35,478 nucleotides of DNA from a virus (taxonomy: Duplodnaviria > Caudoviricetes): positions 1 through 35,478 of the IMG/VR virus record IMGVR_UViG_3300030397_000224; one strand, given 5' to 3'. This document shows positions 14,861-21,740 of the stretch, piece after piece. Every line of letters starts with the position of its first letter. The stretch's first letter is position 1. A program made the position numbers and the translations under genes. The notes beneath the pieces are model-generated. The model saw only the letters and a program-made list of their open reading frames with translations. It had not been told where the DNA came from and searched no databases.

Positions 14861-16155
14861 ACGCTCCTATATTTTTCCTGTATTTGTTTTTGGCGAATTG
14901 CCTGGTCTTTGTTAGGCGCAAGCCCTAAATATTTGCATGTGTGATCGTTTTTCAGCACAGTAATTGCAAATCTCTTCCACGAAGTAACCATGCTTGGATG
15001 CGCCTTCAAAAAGTCTAGGTGGTCTGGCGGCCTCTTAATTATCACTCGGTCAAGGCTGTTGCCGCCGTGAGGGGTTTTCCCGTTCAGGTAAAATCTGACC
15101 TTGTTTTTTCGAAGTTCAGAAATTATTTCTCCTGGCAGTCCGCGCCCCGTTCTTCCCCAAAACTTTATTGATTGAACGAAGCGCTGCTTAAAATTTTCAG
15201 CAGACTCCTTGGGCAAGGTGGACAGCAAAAACTTCACAAAAGATTTCCATGTGTGCCCCTTCGGAAGCTCGAATGAGCGGTAAGTTAATTGCTTTCCGTA
15301 AGTCGCCACAAAGTTTGCGCCGTTAACTCTAGCGCAAAGCCTGGCCCAGCAATCCGGATCAATTATCCGGTACATGGACAAACTTGATTTAGATTCGCTC
15401 ATAAACGGGGAAGCAACGCGCATGTTGCCTACCGGCACGCCCGCCCGGTAAAAAATGTCGTAAAGTTTATTGTAGTCCCACCCAAAAACCCTGTTCGCTA
15501 CCCAAATGTCCTTAGACCCCCAATCGTATATTGGATAGCAGTTATACGTGTGCTCGCCATTTTTCCTTGTCCACTGGCGCCCATCTTTCATTTTTTTGTC
15601 GGGGTTCATTATTGCCCTAAAGCGGTTAAGGCTTTCGCTCGCGCGAATACCAACGCAGTTGGCGCAGGATTTCCCATCTGCATACCAAGAAGCGAACCCG
15701 TCCCAAAATTCAGCGTATCCCATGTTCTCTCTGAAGAAAGGAAACTTGTGGTTGTCAAACGTAACAATGTAATCCTGATCGGGTCTTGGCCTTATCCACC
15801 TTTCTTTGTCTTTCTCTCCCCAGCATTGCCACTCTGTATCATACGCACTAACGGTGCAGGGCAGCGTGATAGGCAAGCAGCACCAATAAACGTCAAGGTG
15901 CTCTCGGTTTGCCTGAATTATTCTGTGCATAAAGTCCAAACTAAAAGAATAGTTTGCTTCGTTGTCCATTATCTGAACACCGATCTTTTTTTTGATGCCG
16001 CGTTTCTTTTTGTGGTCGAGGAAAAGATTCAGCAAAACCCCCGAGTCTTTCCCGCCAGAAAAAGAAACGTACACCTTTTCAAAATTATCGAAAACAAACG
16101 CTATCCTTTCATTCGCTGCGTCGTACACGTTTTTTTCTTGGTACACCCTCTTCAA
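14857..16155 (-). CDS. ibrA: IbrA-like PAPS-reductase-fold protein with DUF3440
   Basis: PP-loop VSFSGGKDSG, VGIRASESLNRFRA, YPIYDW...DIW, YNKLYD, MRVASPF, RVNGANF, SWKRFAITVLKNDHTCK. GGAG RBS plus TTG start. Confidence 0.92.
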   Translation of the reverse strand: MKRVYQEKNVYDAANERIAFVFDNFEKVYVSFSGGKDSGVLLNLFLDHKKKRGIKKKIGVQIMDNEANYSFSLDFMHRIIQANREHLDVYWCCLPITLPCTVSAYDTEWQCWGEKDKERWIRPRPDQDYIVTFDNHKFPFFRENMGYAEFWDGFASWYADGKSCANCVGIRASESLNRFRAIMNPDKKMKDGRQWTRKNGEHTYNCYPIYDWGSKDIWVANRVFGWDYNKLYDIFYRAGVPVGNMRVASPFMSESKSSLSMYRIIDPDCWARLCARVNGANFVATYGKQLTYRSFELPKGHTWKSFVKFLLSTLPKESAENFKQRFVQSIKFWGRTGRGLPGEIISELRKNKVRFYLNGKTPHGGNSLDRVIIKRPPDHLDFLKAHPSMVTSWKRFAITVLKNDHTCKYLGLAPNKDQAIRQKQIQEKYRSV

Positions 16156-16169
16156 CTTTGGCTCCTTTT

Positions 16170-16514
16170 TTAACGCTTAAACCTTCGGCCCTTTCCTGTC
16201 ACACGCATGCCAGTAATCGGGTCCCCTTTCTGTCCTGTAAATAGGCCGGGAGTCAGTGCGCCGTGTGGACTCGTATTCCGGGATAACGCTATTTTGCAAT
16301 GCAGGCACGTTTTAGCCTGGCGGATGCACCGGAACGCAAGATATTGCAGGGGGTTGCAATCAGTAACACAAGATATGGTAGAATCAGGCTTCCTGATCGT
16401 TTTCGGAACCGCCTGCAAGCTGTTATTCCGATACGGAAAGACTAAACCCTTGTTGCTTCCCGGCGCAAGGGTTTTCTTTTTGCAAGCTTCCGCTATACTA
16501 AACCCGTTCAGCAC
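16170..16514 (-). CDS. Putative leader/regulatory ORF upstream of ibrA
   Basis: Strong SD AGAGGTGA 5 nt before the GTG at 16514; ends 15 nt before ibrA. The protein has no recognisable domain. Confidence 0.35.
   Translation of the reverse strand: MLNGFSIAEACKKKTLAPGSNKGLVFPYRNNSLQAVPKTIRKPDSTISCVTDCNPLQYLAFRCIRQAKTCLHCKIALSRNTSPHGALTPGLFTGQKGDPITGMRVTGKGRRFKR
16390..16481 (+). ncRNA. Predicted antisense small RNA 1 (~90 nt)
   Basis: Extended -10 TGgTAGAAT (16376-16384), internal hairpin TCGGAA/TTCCGA, and intrinsic terminator AAACCCTTG...CAAGGGTTT plus T-tract. Confidence 0.5.
16444..16481 (+). terminator. Rho-independent terminator
   Basis: Stem 16444-16452/16466-16474 followed by TCTTTTT. 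Confidence 0.7.
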
Positions 16515-16572
16515 TTCTCTCACCTCTTCTTAGCGCTGAACCCCTAGCCCGGTCTGACCAACCGGGCTTTTT
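16506..16572 (+). ncRNA. Predicted antisense small RNA 2 (~67 nt, sar/OOP-like architecture)
   Basis: TATACT at 16494-16499; stem GTTCAGC/GCTGAAC with a C/U-rich anti-SD loop; terminator AGCCCGGT/ACCGGGCT plus TTTT. Confidence 0.6.
16546..16572 (+). terminator. Rho-independent terminator
   Basis: 8-bp GC-rich stem 16546-16553/16561-16568 followed by a T run. Confidence 0.75.
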
Positions 16573-16789
16573 AATGCGCGTCATGTTTGTTCCGCATGGT
16601 TATCGCCATCATTAAGGCATCAAGCTTGCTGATCACGGTTCCGAAGAGCCAGCAAACAATAAAATTCAACGCTAAGCTTGCGCCCATCTTTGGCCATGTA
16701 ATGGTGATTTCTCGGTCAAGTAAAACGTCAATGGATACCTGGAAAACAAACGCCATTACTAGCCACAGCAGAATACCTAGCCACATCAT
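16571..16789 (-). CDS. Small two-TM membrane protein
   Basis: Start reassigned to MMWLGILL (after GAGGA); two hydrophobic helices. Confidence 0.6.
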   Translation of the reverse strand: MMWLGILLWLVMAFVFQVSIDVLLDREITITWPKMGASLALNFIVCWLFGTVISKLDALMMAITMRNKHDAH

Positions 16790-16903
16790 TGATTCTTCCT
16801 CTCTTTGTATTTCTGAACCCATTGTTGAAGGCGCTCTTCTTTGGAAAGCGGCCTTGGTGATTTGAACGTGTAAACCTGGCTGCACCATCTTTTGCACATA
16901 TCG

Positions 16904-17224
16904 TCACATCCTGAAGTTCATAATGGCGTGGTAAATTTCTGCACTGAAAGGCTCTTCCCCATGCTGGTCAATATAGAACGTCCACGCAAAATCAAACCTT
17001 TCTTTTTCCCATGGCTTGCGCTCTTTCCCGGCAATACCATTTTTACCGTGAAGCCAATCATGCTCTTCTTCGGTGACCGGGCAAAGGAAGTAATGGCCGA
17101 TGTTGCCAATACCTTTGATGCCCATGGTTCTAGCCGTGGCGTGGTGAACAACTGGATAGCCCATTTCGTGACAGGCTTTAAGCCAGTCTCTTTGCTCTTT
17201 GTTTTGCGGTTGGGTTGGAATCAT
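16904..17224 (-). CDS. HNH-fold protein (Ref/DUF968-like), degenerate
   Basis: VVHH...G.G....HYFLCPV...EH...H pattern; likely start MIPTQ after GAGG. Confidence 0.5.
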   Translation of the reverse strand: MIPTQPQNKEQRDWLKACHEMGYPVVHHATARTMGIKGIGNIGHYFLCPVTEEEHDWLHGKNGIAGKERKPWEKERFDFAWTFYIDQHGEEPFSAEIYHAIMNFRM

Positions 17225-17517
17225 CCTCTTACCTCGAATATCCCATTCAGATCCGGCTCGCAATCCATAATCGTTCTCGCGTAGTGGCTGGTGTAGTTGT
17301 TGTTCAACTTGTATTCGTCCTCATCTGGATTTGTGGACAAGGCGAAATCCCAACGCATGGATTCCCACAACATCCTAATGCCACACTTTCTTTCAGGGTG
17401 CCTTCTTCGCCATTGCCGACACTTAAAGACGAGCGTTTTATAAACGTGAGGATTTGCGTCATGGAATTCCTTGAATCTTTCCGCCGGCGTTTTGTCGATC
17501 AAGCTCAACTGGTTCAC
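17221..17517 (-). CDS. Phage hypothetical protein
   Basis: F..FH..NPHVY, E.MRW, YKLNNNY...YAR, P.L.G.FE.R pattern typical of environmental phages. Confidence 0.7.
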   Translation of the reverse strand: MNQLSLIDKTPAERFKEFHDANPHVYKTLVFKCRQWRRRHPERKCGIRMLWESMRWDFALSTNPDEDEYKLNNNYTSHYARTIMDCEPDLNGIFEVRG

Positions 17518-17723
17518 CGAAGCTTCACCACATTGTTCTTGACCGGAAGTTGCAACTGATCAATGAGAAACTTGGCGCACTTGTCATTCATGTCCGCCAG
17601 ATCATCAACCGCCTTCTTCGCTTCGACGGTTGAATGAAACGTCCTGAATGGGAAACAATCTTGGTCAAACTGATTCAAAACTTTCAGGTTGTCAGTGATG
17701 AAGTATCCCCGGTAATACATCAC
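17514..17723 (-). CDS. Hypothetical protein (69 aa)
   Basis: ORF track; coupled overlaps. Confidence 0.6.
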   Translation of the reverse strand: MMYYRGYFITDNLKVLNQFDQDCFPFRTFHSTVEAKKAVDDLADMNDKCAKFLIDQLQLPVKNNVVKLR

Positions 17724-18067
17724 CCAACCTGCTTAATGAAGTTTGCTTCTTCAAGCCTGTCAGCAATTCGGTTCAAAGAACCAGCGATTTCATCAACACC
17801 AATCAACTTTTGAAAGGCTGAAGTCACTTGATATTTGCCGAATTGCAGCCCGGCCTTGTAGCTTTGGTCTGCCCTGAATTCTGACCAACGAGTTAAGAAC
17901 AAAATCTGGTTCTGTTCATAGCTGAAATTTAAATGCTCTTTGACCTGGAAACGGAAGAGAGGAACAACATCACCTTCATTGTTAATAACCTGCCACGTTT
18001 CGCCGGTTTCACATTCGTCAGTGACCGCCATGAAGTCACCAATGGGGAACAGTTCTTTCATCTTCAA
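17720..18067 (-). CDS. Hypothetical protein (115 aa)
   Basis: AGGAG RBS; coupled overlaps. Confidence 0.6.
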   Translation of the reverse strand: MKMKELFPIGDFMAVTDECETGETWQVINNEGDVVPLFRFQVKEHLNFSYEQNQILFLTRWSEFRADQSYKAGLQFGKYQVTSAFQKLIGVDEIAGSLNRIADRLEEANFIKQVG

Positions 18068-18321
18068 TACTCCTTTCTATACTCAAAATCTTTTTCACAT
18101 TCCCGAATAACCTGGTGTTCAATGAACGGGGTCAATTCGATTTCGCTGCCGCAAGCGGGAAGGAAAGGAACGTCTTCTGGTTCGTATTCTTCAGGGTCAG
18201 ACTCAAGCGCGGTGACCTTGTTGATAATGATTCCGCCGCCTTCAACGTTGTAATCAATTTCAACATTGACCACGATGGGCAACGCTTCGCTTAACTCAAC
18301 ATCGGCTTTAAAATCAGACAT
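18064..18321 (-). CDS. Highly acidic hypothetical protein; first gene of the leftward early unit
   Basis: GGTGAGG RBS downstream of a consensus-like promoter; rich in Asp/Glu. Confidence 0.7.
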   Translation of the reverse strand: MSDFKADVELSEALPIVVNVEIDYNVEGGGIIINKVTALESDPEEYEPEDVPFLPACGSEIELTPFIEHQVIRECEKDFEYRKEY

Positions 18322-18345
18322 TTCATTTCCTCACCTTTTGAAACC

Positions 18346-18374
18346 ATTGTGCCTTCCCCTTGACCATTTGTCAA
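18346..18374 (-). promoter_or_regulatory. Leftward sigma70-type promoter
   Basis: Minus strand TTGACA-17 nt-CACAAT. Confidence 0.75.
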
Positions 18375-18412
18375 ACCTTTTGACACTGTTTCTTTTGTCA
18401 AATTGTTTGCTA
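18369..18412. promoter_or_regulatory. Tandem operators TGTCAAA-N3-TTTGACA (18369-18385) and TGTCAAA-N3-TTTGCTA (18396-18412)
   Basis: Palindromes overlap the -35 of the leftward promoter and the extended -10 of the rightward promoter. Confidence 0.75.
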
Positions 18413-18416
18413 TAAT
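18408..18416 (+). promoter_or_regulatory. Rightward extended -10 promoter (leaderless cro mRNA)
   Basis: TGcTATAAT, 6 nt, then ATG at 18423. Confidence 0.7.
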
Positions 18417-18422
18417 GCCGGG

Positions 18423-18593
18423 ATGAGCATTGATGACGTAATGAAGCACTTTAACAACAAGGTGGCTGAAGTGGCCAAGGCCGTTGGCTGTACACGGCAG
18501 ACGGTCTACAACTGGCAGGAATGGGGAGCCATCCCCGAGCTTCAGCAACTGAAGATTGAAAAGGTCACCGAAGGAAAACTTCAGGCCGACTGA
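18423..18593 (+). CDS. cro: Cro/YdaS-like HTH repressor (56 aa, not in ORF track)
   Basis: MSIDDVMKHFNNKVAEVAKAVGCTRQTVYNWQEWGAIPELQQLKIEKVTEGKLQAD* is a classic Cro-like pattern. Confidence 0.88.
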   Translation: MSIDDVMKHFNNKVAEVAKAVGCTRQTVYNWQEWGAIPELQQLKIEKVTEGKLQAD

Positions 18594-18769
18594 TGAACGC
18601 ATTCAGGTTCATTGATGGTCAGCAGGATTGCCGCGACGGAAAGTCGCCGCAGTCAGAAGACGATTTTTATATGTCCGGCTACAGGTCACAAGCCGGGCTT
18701 CAAGCAATCAAAGAAGAGGAAGCGCAATGCTTAAACCAGCAGAAAACAAACTTGGCTTTGCCAAGGTAG
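18593..18769 (+). CDS. Small hypothetical protein (58 aa, not in ORF track)
   Basis: MNAFRFIDGQQDCRDGKSPQSEDDFYMSGYRSQ...; TGATG coupling to cro. Confidence 0.55.
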   Translation: MNAFRFIDGQQDCRDGKSPQSEDDFYMSGYRSQAGLQAIKEEEAQCLNQQKTNLALPR

Positions 18770-19797
18770 GTCTTTACGGCGGGGCCGGTTCCGGCAAAAC
18801 TCACACAGCAGCAAAGCTCGCAATTGGCATCGCTGATTATTTCGATGACCCCCGGCCAATTGCCATGTTTGATACGGAGCCTGGCGCTTCGTTTATCATC
18901 CCCATGTTTCAGGAAGCCGGTCGGGAGCTTTTGGTTTTTGATGAATCGCGGTCACTCGTTGACCTGATGAAATTCATGGAAGAAGCTGAACAAGTTGCTT
19001 CCGTTATCATCGTTGATTCCGTTACCCATGTATGGCGCGACTCAATGGAGTCGTTTATTTTGCGCATGAACGAAATCAGGAAAGGAAGAAATCAGCGCCC
19101 ACTTTACAGCCTGGAATTCCACCACTGGAACCAGATAAAGCCGCAGTGGCACAAGTTCACTGACAAGTATCTTGGCTGCAAAACACACGCGATTGTTTGT
19201 GGCCGGGCCGGGGCTGTTTACTCTTACCAGAAGAATGAAGAAACTGGCAGAATGGAAGTCATTCAGGAAGGTACCCGAATGGCGACTGAAAAAGAACTTG
19301 GCTATGAACCTTCCCTGTTGATTGAAATGCGTGCTGAAAGAATCGAGATTGGCAAGAACAGGATTAAAAACGTTGCCTTGGTTGAGAAAGACCGGGCCGA
19401 TAAATTGAACGGGCAGGAATTTGAATTCCCGTCCTTCAAGGATTTCGTTCCTCACTTCGACACGTACAACCGCACCGGCAATCATGCCGCAATTGATCCA
19501 GCAAGAAACTCATCTGAACTGTATGAAGAGTCAGCGGAATCTTCCGGCTGGGATGGCGAGAAGCGCCAGCGCAAAATTCTGTCAGAGGAAATCATTGAAG
19601 AGGTAAAGAAAATTTACCCTTCGCAATCTTCCGATGACAAGCAGCAAAGGCTTGAACTGTTTGAAGAAGTCTTTGGAACTCGCTCTTGGACAAAGATTTC
19701 AGAAGACACCAAGTCAGAGCGGCTTAAGCTTGGCCTGGAAGAAATCAGGATGAAGCTGAACCCGCCCGAAGAGCCTGAAGGGGACGTGCCTTACTGA
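18727..19797 (+). CDS. AAA_24/Sak4-like P-loop ATPase (recombination)
   Basis: Walker A GGAGSGKT, FDTE, Walker B IIVDSVTHVW, LGYE, KDR. ATG 18727 follows GAGGA. Confidence 0.8.
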   Translation: MLKPAENKLGFAKVGLYGGAGSGKTHTAAKLAIGIADYFDDPRPIAMFDTEPGASFIIPMFQEAGRELLVFDESRSLVDLMKFMEEAEQVASVIIVDSVTHVWRDSMESFILRMNEIRKGRNQRPLYSLEFHHWNQIKPQWHKFTDKYLGCKTHAIVCGRAGAVYSYQKNEETGRMEVIQEGTRMATEKELGYEPSLLIEMRAERIEIGKNRIKNVALVEKDRADKLNGQEFEFPSFKDFVPHFDTYNRTGNHAAIDPARNSSELYEESAESSGWDGEKRQRKILSEEIIEEVKKIYPSQSSDDKQQRLELFEEVFGTRSWTKISEDTKSERLKLGLEEIRMKLNPPEEPEGDVPY

Positions 19798-20297
19798 TGA
19801 AAGTCTCGCTTCAATGGCAGAAGGATTGCTTCTATCCGTTTGATGCTGAAAGCGTGGAACTGTGCCAGAAGATTCCTGACAACAAAATCTTTCCTTCCGT
19901 CAACATCATTGATAAAGAAAAACTCCTGGACTACAAGGCCGTTTTCTGGATATGGGCAAAGCACCGGGTCACACAAATGGAAGCCAAGAACCACGGTAAG
20001 CCAATTTTTATTCAGGTCGAAGAAGGCGCGGAAGCTGAACGGCTGAAAGATAAGCACATTCATGACGTATGGTGTGAGCGTTTTCTTGGGTACACCAAAG
20101 GAAGAAGGATTGGCAGCACCGTCATTCGGCCTTCGTTGCGAACCCTTACATATCCCCGTGAACTGACCCCTGAAGAATGGTACATTTTCCTGCGGCGGAT
20201 TGAAGAAGGCGAACTTGAGCTTGGCTATTCAATACCGATTGACCCGAGACCAAGCAAGTATTCTGTCACCAAAAAAGAGCGGGAAGGCACTGATTGA
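19797..20297 (+). CDS. NinB/YbcN-like recombination accessory protein
   Basis: FW.W, H...CERFLGY...IG, T..LT..E...FLRRIE...ELG..IP pattern. Confidence 0.55.
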   Translation: MKVSLQWQKDCFYPFDAESVELCQKIPDNKIFPSVNIIDKEKLLDYKAVFWIWAKHRVTQMEAKNHGKPIFIQVEEGAEAERLKDKHIHDVWCERFLGYTKGRRIGSTVIRPSLRTLTYPRELTPEEWYIFLRRIEEGELELGYSIPIDPRPSKYSVTKKEREGTD

Positions 20298-20680
20298 AGA
20301 CAAGGCATGGCGGCAGGAACGCGCACAACCACCGGATGCGCTGCCGGAAGTGTTACAACCGGCATAGAAGAATCAGGCGCGGCAGCACCGAAAAAGCCTG
20401 CTATTGTCCTTGGGGGAGATACAAGCTCAAGAGACACCCCAACAAATACCGAAGAGTCTCAGCCACTTACTGTCCTTGTTGCGGGTCTGATGACGTTAAA
20501 TCAATCGAAGCGGAACGCCAGCGGCAGGTCAACAATCAGGAGACCTGCAATTGCCACCACCTTCCTTTCCCCCACCGGAAAGGGTCTATACTTGGGTGTG
20601 AGCACCACCCCAAAGAAGAATGGACTGAAGAAGACCATGAACAGTTTGAAGGTTGCTTGAGGACGCAACGCGGATCATGA
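20294..20680 (+). CDS. Cys/His-rich basic hypothetical protein
   Basis: RCRKC, CPCCG, CNC...FPHRKGS..C. Confidence 0.6.
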   Translation: MKTRHGGRNAHNHRMRCRKCYNRHRRIRRGSTEKACYCPWGRYKLKRHPNKYRRVSATYCPCCGSDDVKSIEAERQRQVNNQETCNCHHLPFPHRKGSILGCEHHPKEEWTEEDHEQFEGCLRTQRGS

Positions 20681-20883
20681 AGAAACAAAAGTCATTACCA
20701 ACCGGAGTCTTTGCCCACAAACCAGAAAAGATTCAGGAGCCAAGCGAAGGCAGGCCACGTTACAGCAAACCGTCAAGCGTTCCGCGTGATCCTGGCTGGC
20801 GAGACATGACGCATGGCTTTAATCCTGACTTTGATTACCATGCGGCAGCGAGAGAAATGAAACGCATCAGGGAGCTTATATGA
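20677..20883 (+). CDS. Hypothetical protein
   Basis: Likely start MKKQKS (ATGA overlap). Confidence 0.5.
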   Translation: MKKQKSLPTGVFAHKPEKIQEPSEGRPRYSKPSSVPRDPGWRDMTHGFNPDFDYHAAAREMKRIRELI

Positions 20884-21071
20884 AGACGTTTAATTGCAGG
20901 CAATGTGGCAGGATCTTCGAGTTAGAAGATAGCGTCAGGCTTGCTCATTGCTGCGACCATCAAATGCTGGAATTGGGGAGACTCCCGGGCCCAAAGAGAA
21001 AGCGGGTCATGCACATCACAAACAACGGGCACACCATCACCGACTTTTACGGGAGAGTCTTTATTTCTTAA
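20880..21071 (+). CDS. Small zinc-ribbon protein
   Basis: FNCRQCG...CC...M; GGAG RBS; converges on the late genes. Confidence 0.55.
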   Translation: MKTFNCRQCGRIFELEDSVRLAHCCDHQMLELGRLPGPKRKRVMHITNNGHTITDFYGRVFIS

Positions 21072-21390
21072 GTAGCGCCTTGATATCAGACTGCAACGCG
21101 ACAATGTCTGCCTTGCGTTCTTGAAGAGTTTTGATCTGCTCTTCAATCGCGTCAATTTCTTTGTTGTATACTTCAGGGTCAGCATTCAGGCGCTTCTCTG
21201 CATCAGACAATTCAACGCCATCAAAAACCTTGTGCGTCATGACAACGTGTGTTGGCAGTGGCTTCCTGGTTTCGTCCTGTAACTTTTTGCCTTCCTTGTC
21301 AAAGAGTGCGGGCTGTGTCACCTCGAATCCGTCATCAACCAACCTCAAAGAAACGTTTTTTGCGGCCTTGATCTTGCGGTAGTTTTCCAT
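21061..21390 (-). CDS. Coiled-coil hypothetical protein, last gene of the tail unit
   Basis: Likely start MENYRK after GAGG; C-terminal heptads. Confidence 0.6.
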   Translation of the reverse strand: MENYRKIKAAKNVSLRLVDDGFEVTQPALFDKEGKKLQDETRKPLPTHVVMTHKVFDGVELSDAEKRLNADPEVYNKEIDAIEEQIKTLQERKADIVALQSDIKALLKK

Positions 21391-21392
21391 GG

Positions 21393-21740
21393 TTAAACCT
21401 CGTATTGTTGCCAAGCAAATGGCTTTCGTTCAAGCAAGTAGTATTGTTTGAATTGGTTTGAAAAGGCTTCCTGCTCGAATCGGATTTGCTTGTAAGCCTT
21501 CTTAAGTGAGCGGTATTTTACCAGCCCTTTCAGCCAGTCCGAAAGATAGATTAGAAGAAACTTGTTAGCACCCACTTCGATTCTTTGGTGATGGTGTATC
21601 CCTTCATGGCTCAGCATGACTTCATCGTATGCATGACCCTTTGAGGTTAACACCCCGAACCGGGTACTTATTGCCGTTGCATCCCCGGCAAACAGGGTAA
21701 GCAATCGAATCACAGGGAGCGGTAGAATGATAACCTTCAT
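21393..21740 (-). CDS. Small zincin-like (HExxH) protein
   Basis: HEGIH..Q and IRFEQEAF motifs. Confidence 0.7.
   Translation of the reverse strand: MKVIILPLPVIRLLTLFAGDATAISTRFGVLTSKGHAYDEVMLSHEGIHHHQRIEVGANKFLLIYLSDWLKGLVKYRSLKKAYKQIRFEQEAFSNQFKQYYLLERKPFAWQQYEV

Noticed and set aside
14857-16155. cysH sulfur-assimilation auxiliary gene
   Set aside because: No C-terminal ECG(L/I)H catalytic motif; it has DUF3440 and an IbrB partner instead.
16343-16360. ATTGCA-N6-TGCAAT as a fourth copy of the late palindrome
   Set aside because: The spacer is 6 nt rather than 3, so it may be coincidental or a different site overlapping the sRNA1 promoter.
18291-18602. 103-aa minus-strand ORF
   Set aside because: It overlaps the promoter/operator region and is antisense to the clear cro gene.
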